Source: Dehalococcoidia bacterium (GTDB lineage: Bacteria; Chloroflexota; Dehalococcoidia; Bin125). Taken from it: a stretch of DNA of 64,000 nucleotides. The notes beneath the pieces were generated by a model, which was given only the letters and a program-made list of their open reading frames with translations, made no database searches and was not told where the DNA came from. The stretch covers positions 480,001 through 544,000 of the forward strand of contig OY820591.1 in the NCBI GenBank assembly GCA_963555985.3. Reading direction: 5' to 3'. The position numbers and the translations under genes are program-made. Of this stretch, positions 46,841 to 55,530 are shown one piece after another; within the stretch, counting starts at the first letter, position 1, and every line of letters begins with the position of its first letter.

Positions 46841-49619
46841 TCACGTGGAGGGGGCGTCTGAGGGGACCTGTTCGAGTTCGGGGGCGGTTTCGGGGACGAC
46901 GATCGCGAACTCGGTGACGTAGGGGGTGAGGGCGCAGATTTGGTTGGGATCGCCGCTGGCGACCGGTTCGAGTCGCAGCCAGCGCCATTCCTCGTAGTCC
47001 CAGACGGCTACTTGCGCGTTGTCCGGCGCTTCATTGCGGGGCAGGCAGACCGTGAGCGGCGGGTCGAAGGGACGCTCGGCCAGGCGCACGCTGTTCTGAT
47101 CGCGCTCGGCGTGGTGGTAGATGATCCAGAGATCGAGGTCGAAGATCGGGCTAGTGGTCACGGCGAGATAGCGTTGCTCGCCCTCGGCGAAGCCGAGCGC
47201 GCGGTTGTCGAGCCAGCGGCGGAAGCGCCGCCGCCACTCCTCGAGCGAGCCGGTTTCGGTGACGATGTAAGCGCCGTTGGCATTGTTGTAGACGGTCTGC
47301 GAGATGGCCTCGTCCAATGCGGGGAGCACGCCGTAGGTGAAGATCAGCACGCCGCAGTTGGGGTTGGCTTCGTCCTTGTCTTCGCAGTCGTACAGGCTGT
47401 GGGTTGGGAAGCGCAGATCCCTCGGTCTCCGTATCGCGTCTTCCGTGCTGCCAGCGTCTGCGCCGGGCTCGATCGCGCCGCCGCCGAGTGCCGTGGTCAA
47501 GGCGATCCGGGTGGGCGCGATCAGGCTGCGCAGCACGACCTCGACCGGCTCCTCCAGCTCCTGCGTCTGCTCGCCGACTGAGGCGGTCGCCGTCCGATTT
47601 ACCGTCCAGGTATCCGAGGGCACATTCGCCGGCATGCGCCGGTCGGCGTCCCAGTCGTAGGCGGTCTGGCCGGAGCGCTTGGCCAGGATGTAGCTGTTCC
47701 GCTCGACCTTGGTTTTGTTGCCCTGACCGTCGTCGACCTCCTCGAACCAGGGGTCGAAGCGCATCATGAATTCGGATACCCGATTGCTCAGGTTGGCGTC
47801 TAGCTGAGATAGCACGTCGTATTTGCTGCTGGCCGGCAGCCAGCCCCAGCTGAAGGTCGGCTCCGGACCCAGACCGTCGTCGTCCTGGAGCAGATACTCG
47901 AAGACCAGATTCTTGCTCTCGCTGCCGCTCTTGTACTTGGCTTTGACGACCTTCGTGGTCTGACCATCCTTCGAGGTGCCGGTGGCGGTCAGGTAGGGCG
48001 TGCCGATCACCTTGACCGGCTGCTGGTAGGTGACCGTGTAGCGGAAGCCCTTGGACACGCTCGACTGCGTGACCGAGGTGATCCTGACGGGCAGTGTGAC
48101 GTCCGCGTCGTCACTTGTGCCGCTGTCGCAATTGCTTGGTGGCGGCAACCAGGGGAAGCTGGGGCGGGGCGGTAGGCAAATGTGCGAGTCCGTTGGCAGC
48201 TGGATCGCGTCCGATGCGATCGTCACCCAGCCATTCCCGACGTTGTCCGCCACTGCGTTTGTGATCTCGTAGCGGAATCTGAAGATCTCGGATTTCCCTG
48301 GCATGGTTGGCCACTCGTCGTCGTATACCCCGTAGTACTTCGCCTGCACGGTTTCCGATTTCTCGCCTTCCGTGATTTTGAGCTCGATGTAAGGCTCGGC
48401 GCTGTCCCAAGTGATGTTCGTGTTGCTGGTGAAGGCGACGAAGACATCGATGTTGTTGTTCTCCTGCCAAGGGCCAGTGCCGTGCATTGGGCTTTCTCGG
48501 CTGTACGCAGAGTTTGCTATCCAGTAGTGCTGATAGTTGGCGAAGGCGACCCAGAGCACCCGGGGGTTGCTCGAGCCCGAGTAGGTGGCTTCCCAGCTTG
48601 CCGAGAAGCTGAGATTGGAGGTGATCCCGTCCACCGGCGCGCGCACGCCCCAGCTGTCCGCTTTGACGCCGAGGGTCAAGGTGTCGCCGGCGCTGGCGTT
48701 GCTGTCTGGGGTGAAGAGGACGCGCTTGTGTCCGGCGATCCATCGGGTCATGGTCAATGCTTGGTCCCGGAAATGGATATGCTTAGCGTCTCTGGTGTAG
48801 TCGAACACCGTGCCAATACTGTCGTTTCCCTGAATGCTGAAATCTGCCTTCTCGAAGTGGACGGGACGGTTACTCGCGTTGTCGTCGTATGTGTTCAGGA
48901 CGACGACCACCTCGGTCGGCCCGGTGACGTACTGTTCACCGTAGAGCGGGTAGCGCGCCTCACGGTCGATCCAAGACTCTGGGCCGGTGTCTTCTCTGGT
49001 GTGGTTTTCCAGCGCGAAGCGCGCGTACTGGGTGGTGCGGTACAGGCTGGGACGGTGTTTGAGTTCGACATCGGCCGTGACGCTGTCGCTCTCGGTTGTC
49101 CCTGCCACGGCCCTCAGTTCGAGCCGGTACTTCCGGTTGGGAAGCACCCACAGGTTGCCGATTCGCAGGGCGCTGGTCGCGCCGTAATCGAGCAGCATCA
49201 CGTCCGAGTTATTGGGGTGGTTGGTGAGGCAACAGTTGTAGTCCCACTCTCCGTGGGCGTAGTCGTTCGCCGGGTCGTAGGTGAAGATCGCCACATCCTT
49301 CCAGGCGCGGTACTGCGTCCAAACGATGAGGTTGCCGCTCGGATTGCCTTTCCAGAGCTTGATCTTGTATTTGGTCACGCCCGCCCCGCTGGGCGGCGTG
49401 TCCCAGGTGAAGATCGCGCGGCCGACGAGTGCCTGAGCGTAGCCGCCCGCGACGGTGTAGCCGTAGATGCCCTGTTCGATCACTTCGAGGTTTTGGGGCG
49501 CGGCGGGCTTCTGGGCCTGGGCCGTGGCGATCAGGGCGAGGGCGCCGAGGACGGCGAGCAGGGCGCTCAGGCTGAGCAGCGCCAGACGAGCTGAATTGCG
49601 GGGGGGGGGGGGCACACAT
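46841..49619 (-). CDS. Large secreted/surface protein 2, paralogue of 43860-46617, with C13 tract after the start
   Basis: Signal 'LALLSLSALLAVLGALALIATAQA'; in frame from GTG 49615, or from ATG 49619 if the tract is C12; C-terminus nearly identical to paralogue. Confidence 0.8.
49600..49612. repeat. G13 homopolymer (C13 on coding strand)
   Basis: Counted directly. Confidence 0.9.
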
Positions 49620-49765
49620 CCGGACTCACGTTTCAGATGAAGAGAAAGTTACGTCTGATGCATGATATGAGAATTTTTTGTTGCGGGTGGGTCGCGGCGT
49701 TGGGTTGATTGGGGGTTATGGGTAGGGCTTTTGGTCTTGCGCGGTTGTGACGGGGGTGGGGGAGC

Positions 49766-49820
49766 GGACCCCCTCTGTCGCTGCGCGACATCTCCCCCCG
49801 CACTGCGGGGGGAGAGGGGA
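49766..49820. repeat. REP-like repeat CCCCCTCTGTCGCTGCGCGACATCTCCCCCCGC..TGCGGGGGGAGAGGG
   Basis: Near-identical copy at 50901-50958; related copies at 27331, 53635, 53853. Confidence 0.8.
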
Positions 49821-49862
49821 AAGGGATGATCGAGGGAGGGTTGCGGTTGGCTGGAAGTGGGG

Positions 49863-49917
49863 TTAGCCGCCTGCGGGGGGGACGGGTTGAGTGCCTGGAT
49901 TGAGCATGGGGCGGGAC
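49863..49917. repeat. 55-bp direct repeat copy A, forming the 3' end of gene 49863-50378
   Basis: Encodes SRPMLNPGTQPVPPAGG* on the minus strand. Confidence 0.88.
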
Positions 49918-50378
49918 TCGGCGGGGAGGACGATGGCGGCGGTTGCGAGTTCGCCATCCTCGTCGAGGATCACGGCGACGGCTGCGCCGGCCTGGATGCT
50001 TGAGGGATCGACGCGCTCCAGGCGCAGGAGGAAGGTGGAGTCTTCGCGCAGGTGGAGGACGGAGCGTCCGGTGACGGTTTCGAGGACGAGCTTGCCGCCG
50101 GAGATCGAGACGACTCGTCCGGTCAGGACCTGGCGGCCGAGCAGGCCGTCGGTGTGTCCGAAGGGGCTGAGGCCGCTGGAACCCAGGACGAGCGCGGTGT
50201 TGGGGTGGGCGGCGGGGTCGATCTCGACTTGCCGGCGTCCGGCGACGACGCTTTCGGCGATGACGAGCTCTTCGGCGCTGGGCTGGGTGGCGACGACATC
50301 GGAGCCGACGAACCAGCCGCCGAGGCCGGCTCCGCCCAGGACGGCGAGGGTGAGCAGCCAGCCGAGGATGCGTCTCAT
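49863..50378 (-). CDS. Membrane-anchored hypothetical protein, DUF5666/OB-fold-like
   Basis: N-terminal TM; 'LTGRVVSISGGKLVLET...SIQAGAAVAV'. Confidence 0.65.
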   Translation of the reverse strand: MRRILGWLLTLAVLGGAGLGGWFVGSDVVATQPSAEELVIAESVVAGRRQVEIDPAAHPNTALVLGSSGLSPFGHTDGLLGRQVLTGRVVSISGGKLVLETVTGRSVLHLREDSTFLLRLERVDPSSIQAGAAVAVILDEDGELATAAIVLPAESRPMLNPGTQPVPPAGG

Positions 50379-50830
50379 TCGTCCGCTCCGCGCTCGATGG
50401 CGGCGATCGCGTCATCGCCGGTGAGGGCCTGTCCGTTGGGGATGATCACGATGCCGGTGGTGATGAAGCTGTTGACGTTGTCGTCGGTACCGCCGACGAC
50501 GATCCAGTCGCCCGGGCTGACGGCGTCGGTCCAGATTGAGCTCATGGCTTCGACGACGGCGTCGCGGGTGAAGCGGATGGGGATGGAGGTGTCGCCGTCG
50601 CGGACGATCCAGGCGTCGCCGTCGCGGGAGGTGACGAAGCCGACGACATCGCCTTGGGGGGCGCCGTCGCTGCCGATGCGGGGCTGTTCGGCGGTCTCGT
50701 AGACGCGGATGCTCTCGGTGGATTGGGGCGCGCCCCACTGGTAGCCGGCGCCGAGCATGGCGCCGAAGACGACGGCGGCGATGGGGATGATGAGGAGGCG
50801 TGAGCTCCAGCCGCTCAAGCGTTCACGCAC
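50375..50830 (-). CDS. Membrane-anchored hypothetical protein, DUF5666/OB-fold-like
   Basis: N-terminal TM; 'VVGFVTSRDGD...AVSPGDWIVVGG'; ATGA overlap with the downstream gene. Confidence 0.65.
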   Translation of the reverse strand: MRERLSGWSSRLLIIPIAAVVFGAMLGAGYQWGAPQSTESIRVYETAEQPRIGSDGAPQGDVVGFVTSRDGDAWIVRDGDTSIPIRFTRDAVVEAMSSIWTDAVSPGDWIVVGGTDDNVNSFITTGIVIIPNGQALTGDDAIAAIERGADE

Positions 50831-50900
50831 GTGTCGGCTCTCGTGTTTCCGGGGGTTGGTGTTGTGTTGGCGCGGTGATCATGGGGTGTTTGTGGGTGGG

Positions 50901-51092
50901 CGGACCCCCCTCTGTCGCTGCGCGACATCTCCCCCCGCGATGCGGGGGGAGAGGGGGAGGAGGGCTGCGGAGGCCTTTGTAACACGATCTGCGCGCTCCG
51001 TCATTGCCGCGCTCCGCCGCGGCAATCTCGCTGTACGGGCGACGACGGTGCAGATCACGGCGAGATACCCGCGGCAAGCGCGGGTATGACGG
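50901..51092. repeat. REP-like repeat cluster
   Basis: Copy of the 49766 repeat, plus GTCATTGCCGCG..GCGGCAATCT...GATACCCGCGGCAAGCGCGGGTATGAC matching 22992-23107. Confidence 0.8.
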
Positions 51093-51125
51093 TCCTTTGA
51101 TTCACGCAACGGTCTCGCTGCACAG

Positions 51126-51153
51126 CAGAGGGCGGACCGGGGTCCGCCCTCTG
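51126..51153 (-). terminator. Hairpin downstream of aor
   Basis: cagagggcggacc-gg-ggtccgccctctg. Confidence 0.6.
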
Positions 51154-51183
51154 GGTTTGGTTGGGTCGGTTGGCCTTTCTTGG

Positions 51184-53325
51184 TTAGGTGGCGAAGCCGG
51201 CGGCTTCGAGGGCGTCGGCGACGTCGGCGAGCTCGATTTCTTCCAGCTTGGCGCGGCTGGGGACGCAGGTGTCCACATCCCAGCCGGAGGCGTTGAGGAA
51301 GTCGGTTTCGAGGGTCTCGATGTCGAGGATGACGTCGGCGAGGGGGCCGGTCTTCTGGACGGTGCCTTCGCCGCCCCAGAGGCGGGGTGGGGCGAAGCGG
51401 GCGCGGGGGTTGTCGCCCTCGCGGACGGTGAAGGCCATGCGCAGGTTGGCGATGCGCTCGCCGGCGCGCTGGAGCTCTTCGCCGGACATGTCCCAACCGG
51501 TGACGGCGTTGATCCACTGGGGGAAGCGGTCGGTGGGGGCGGCCATCATGATGAACTGGCACATGCCGGTGGAGTTGGAGATGTGCATGTACTCAGAGGC
51601 GCCCTTGTGGTGCTCGCCGCGGTTGTCGTAGTCCTTGAAGTCGCGCGGGGCGGCGGGGTAGGCGGGTCCGCCGTAGCGGGAGTTGCCCTCGTACTGGGTG
51701 TGGCGGGCCGGGGTGGGGTCGAGCTTGTAGGTCGTCCAGTACTCCGGCTGCAACTTGGCGTCGTGCATGGGCAGTTCCTGGCCGCCGACGTCGGTGCGGA
51801 ACTCCTGGGCGCGGTCGTCGCCGTTCTTCTCGTCGATCTTGGCAGCCGCGACCTGCATCCCGTCGGCGAGCAGGTCGCCGAAGCCCTCGCGCTTGCCGAT
51901 CAGGTGGAGCATCTCCATGATGCCGTCGTCGTTGCTCCAGGTGAGTTCGACGCCGCCGGTGTCTTCGAGGTCGATCAGGCCGTTCTCGAAGCACTCGATG
52001 GCGAAGGAGATGGTGGTACCGGCGCCGATCGTGTCGAGGCCGTACTCGTTACACCAGTGGTTGGCGGCCTGCATCATGTCGATGTTGGCGGAGAGGTTCA
52101 TGGTGCCGAAGGAGGCGACGGTCTCGTACTCGGCGCGGTGGGTGTCGACCGGGTACTTGAACACGCCCTTGTCGTGTCCGGCTTCGGCGAGGCCTGGCGC
52201 GACGGTGCCATGCGGCGATTCGATCGACTCGGCGCCACAGGCCATGGGGCAGCGCCAGCAGCCGTAGCTCTTGTGGCGGACGGCCTTGCCGTTGACGTCG
52301 ACGGCGCGCGGGGCGGGGGAGTGGTTGGGGTCGATCGGGGGCATCCCCGTTGCGGGGTCGATTTCGAGTTCGGCGTGAGTCATGCGGGTGGCGTTGAACA
52401 TCATGCCGGACATGGAGTCGACTTCGGGGAAAACGTCGACGCCGACGCCGCCCCAGTTGCGGACGGGGGAGTCGCCGTTGTGGGCGGAGCCGGTGCTGAT
52501 GCCGGTGGTGCCGAAGCCGGCGAAGAAGTCGCGCAGGGGAGCGATGAACTCGTTGCGGGACTGGCGGGCCAGTTCGCGCACGCCGGTGTCGCGCGCGAGC
52601 ATGTTCTCGCGCGGGGTACCGCCGGCCTTGACGACGACGGCTTTGACTTTCTTGGAGCCCATGACCGCGCCGACGCCGGAGCGGGCGGCGAGGCGGCCGT
52701 GCTCGTTGCAGATGCCGGCGAGGTAGGAGAGTTGCTCACCGGAGGGGCCGATGCAGGCGACCGAGGTCTTTTTGCCGTAGAGCTCCTTGAAGGCGTTCTC
52801 GACCTCGATTGCGCCCATGCCCCAGTACTCGGAAGCGTCCTCGATCGAGACGTCATCGCCGTCGACCAGGATGTAGACGGGGTTCTCGGACTGACCGTAG
52901 AAGAGGATGCCGTCCCAGCCGGCGAACTTGAGGTAGGGGCCGAAGTCGCCGCCGCAGTTGGCGTCGCCCCAGCCGCCGGTGGAGGGCGACTTGCAGACGG
53001 CCTGGAAGCGGTTGCCGAAGATTGGGGTACCGGTGAGCAGGCCGGGCATGAGGCCGAGCACGTTGTCGGGGCCGAGCGGGTCGGCGCCGGCGGGGATGCG
53101 GTCGAAGAGCAGGCGCGCGCCGATGCCGTAGCCGCCGAGGTAGTCCTTGTACATCTGCTCGGGCAGGTCTTCGCGCTCGACTGCGCCCTCGCCCAGGCGG
53201 ACGTTGATGATTTTGCCGTTGTAGGCGACTTCGCTGGGACTCCACTCGCGATCCGCAAACGGATCGGTGGCTTCCGCTGCGGCGTCGTCGCCGTTGCCGC
53301 CGGGTACATTCGCCATTTCTGCCAA
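51184..53325 (-). CDS. aor: Aldehyde:ferredoxin oxidoreductase (tungstopterin AOR family)
   Basis: 'YLGGYGIG', 'DPLGPDN', 'KSPSTGG', 'CIGPSGE', 'GVGAVMGSKKVKAV', 'CWRCPMAC', 'EYET', 'GLDTI'. Confidence 0.92.
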   Translation of the reverse strand: MAEMANVPGGNGDDAAAEATDPFADREWSPSEVAYNGKIINVRLGEGAVEREDLPEQMYKDYLGGYGIGARLLFDRIPAGADPLGPDNVLGLMPGLLTGTPIFGNRFQAVCKSPSTGGWGDANCGGDFGPYLKFAGWDGILFYGQSENPVYILVDGDDVSIEDASEYWGMGAIEVENAFKELYGKKTSVACIGPSGEQLSYLAGICNEHGRLAARSGVGAVMGSKKVKAVVVKAGGTPRENMLARDTGVRELARQSRNEFIAPLRDFFAGFGTTGISTGSAHNGDSPVRNWGGVGVDVFPEVDSMSGMMFNATRMTHAELEIDPATGMPPIDPNHSPAPRAVDVNGKAVRHKSYGCWRCPMACGAESIESPHGTVAPGLAEAGHDKGVFKYPVDTHRAEYETVASFGTMNLSANIDMMQAANHWCNEYGLDTIGAGTTISFAIECFENGLIDLEDTGGVELTWSNDDGIMEMLHLIGKREGFGDLLADGMQVAAAKIDEKNGDDRAQEFRTDVGGQELPMHDAKLQPEYWTTYKLDPTPARHTQYEGNSRYGGPAYPAAPRDFKDYDNRGEHHKGASEYMHISNSTGMCQFIMMAAPTDRFPQWINAVTGWDMSGEELQRAGERIANLRMAFTVREGDNPRARFAPPRLWGGEGTVQKTGPLADVILDIETLETDFLNASGWDVDTCVPSRAKLEEIELADVADALEAAGFAT

Positions 53326-53486
53326 TTCCCTTCGCTGCGTCCCCGCCAGAGCGCCCGTGCGCGCCTGCTGCGGAGCGATGATCAGACTGTCCGCGCAGCC
53401 TGCGCGGAGACGTATCAGAGACTACAGAATTCGCGGACTGTGCGCTACGTAACGCGGGGGCGGGGCGATGGTGTGGTTGCGGCTGA

Positions 53487-53922
53487 TGGGCTTGGGGGTG
53501 TTCAGGTTGTTCAGGGAGAATTTTATTCGCTGCGCTCGGATCGCGGATTTGCTGTTGTGGACGGGAAAAGCGCGTTCGGGGTGTTCGGGCTTGTTCAGCT
53601 TTGGGTTGTGGTTGGGTGCTGGGCGTGGCGTTCTCACCCCCTCTGTCACTCCGTGACATCTCCCTCCCCGCCTGCGCGGGGACAAGCTCTCAAGGGGGAG
53701 ATTTTGGGCTTGGGGGTGTTCAGGTTGTTCAGGGAGAATTTTATTCGCTGCGCTCGGATCGCGGATTTGCTGTTGTGGATGGGAAAAGCGCGTTCAGGGT
53801 GTTCAGGTTTGTTCGGCTTTGGGTTGTGATTGAGTGCTGGGCGTGGCGTTCTCACCCCCTCTGTCACTTCGTGACATCTCCCTCCCCGCCTGCGCGGGGA
53901 CAGGCTCTCAAGGGGGAGATTT
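53487..53922. repeat. Tandem direct repeat, 2 x 218 bp, each with a REP hairpin and nested 23-mer
   Basis: Copies start at 53487 and 53705 and are near-identical. Confidence 0.9.
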
Positions 53923-54138
53923 TGGGGTTGGGGAGTTGGGTGCTAGGCGCAGGTTTGGGGAGGGGCATTGGGTCTCCTGCCCGAGTGTTGACGATACTAA
54001 TGTTCGATAGTAGCAGGTTTGGCGGCGGAGTGGGTGTGTTGGAGGTGACAGGGGATGATGTTTCGGATTGGCGAATTATTGGGATTGGAGTAGGATTCTG
54101 CACGTGATCGGGGAATTTGAGGCCTTGCGCCGCGTCAG

Positions 54139-55530
54139 ATGAGACAGCTTCAGCAGACCTTCGCCGCGTTTGGCGTGCGTGATTTTCGCTTCATGTGGGG
54201 CGGCTCGCTGTTGTCGGTGACGGCGTTCATGACGTCGTTCTCGCTGATTCCCTCGGTCGCGTATGAGCTGACCGGCAGCTACACGGCTGCCGGGATCGCG
54301 ATGCTGGGTTCGGGCATTTCGCAGACGCTGCTGGGGCCGATCGGCGGGGTGATCGCCGACCGTTACCGGAAGAAACCGCTTGTGGTGGTTGGTCAGGCGA
54401 TGCCCGGCGTTCTGCTTGGGGCGCTGGGCACGCTGATTGTCACGGATTTGATCTCCGTGCCCCTGCTGGTGGTGGCGACGCTGGTGATGGGGGCGGGGTT
54501 CTCGCTGATGGGTCCGGCGCGGCAGGCGTGGACCGGGTTCATCGTGCCGCGACGACTGTTGCCGAATGCGGTCGCGCTGCAACAGATGTCGATGAACACC
54601 GGCCAGGTGCTGGGGCCGACGCTGATCGCCCTGTTCGGGCTGTTCATGACGCTGGAGGGGCGCAACACCGGCATTCTCTTCCTCGTGGTCGCATCGTTCT
54701 TCGCGATCGTGGTGCCATTGACGGCGTCGATTCGCACCGAAGGGCCGGCCAAGCCGATCGCCGAGCGGCGGGCGATGTCGGTCGAGTTCCTGGAGGGTCT
54801 TCGCTACCTGCGCTCCAATCCGCGGCTGCGGATTCTCTGGGTCTACTTTCTGCTGATCGTGGCCTGCGGCTGGGGTTTTCAGACCTTGCTGCCCGGCATT
54901 CTGGCGGAGGAGTTTGGCCGCGCTCCGACCGATGTCGGTCCCACGTTCCTGATCTTCGGGGTCTCTTCGCTGGTGATTAACATCCTGCTGGCCGGCGCTG
55001 TTTCAGGGCGTTGGGCTTGGCCGTTGCTGCTGATTATGGGCGCGGTGATGGCGATCGGCTTCTGGCTGGTGGCGATCGCGCCGGGCTACGGGATGTTCTT
55101 GATCCTCGGCGCATTCATCGGCGCCGGTCGTTCGGGCACGATGCTCGTTAACCAGTCGCTGATGATGGCGAACACGAGGCCGGACTACTTCGGCCGGGTG
55201 ATGTCGCTGGCGATGATGGCCTTCGGTTTCCAGGCGTTGTTCGGCCCGGTCTGGGGCGGGATCGCGGACGCGGTGGGCGGGCCTGAGACGATGGCGATGA
55301 TCGGCGTGATCGCGGCCGGGGCGACGGCGCTGATGTTCTTCGGCTGGCTGCGGACGCGGAATTTGCCGCTGGAAGCGGGAACGGCCGCCGCCAGTATGGG
55401 AGGTCGAGTGGGAACGACGGTACAGCGTCCTGTGGCGGCGGCCTCGGCCAACGGCCGGGACCCGCAGCCATCGTTCGCCAGTCAGCTCGCGCCGGTGGCG
55501 TTGATGGATCCGCAGAAGGTGCGGTCATGA
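54139..55530 (+). CDS. MFS transporter, array copy 1
   Basis: 'RDFRFMW', 'GGVIADRY.KK', 'GPARQAW', 'PDYFGRVMS'. Confidence 0.92.
   Translation: MRQLQQTFAAFGVRDFRFMWGGSLLSVTAFMTSFSLIPSVAYELTGSYTAAGIAMLGSGISQTLLGPIGGVIADRYRKKPLVVVGQAMPGVLLGALGTLIVTDLISVPLLVVATLVMGAGFSLMGPARQAWTGFIVPRRLLPNAVALQQMSMNTGQVLGPTLIALFGLFMTLEGRNTGILFLVVASFFAIVVPLTASIRTEGPAKPIAERRAMSVEFLEGLRYLRSNPRLRILWVYFLLIVACGWGFQTLLPGILAEEFGRAPTDVGPTFLIFGVSSLVINILLAGAVSGRWAWPLLLIMGAVMAIGFWLVAIAPGYGMFLILGAFIGAGRSGTMLVNQSLMMANTRPDYFGRVMSLAMMAFGFQALFGPVWGGIADAVGGPETMAMIGVIAAGATALMFFGWLRTRNLPLEAGTAAASMGGRVGTTVQRPVAAASANGRDPQPSFASQLAPVALMDPQKVRS

Noticed and set aside
43860-49619. Diversity-generating retroelement acting on the paralogues
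   Set aside because: No reverse transcriptase in the window, and the differences include indels and are not visibly adenine-specific.
51004-53829. 941-aa plus-strand ORF
   Set aside because: Antisense shadow of aor extended through repeats; typical of high-GC DNA.
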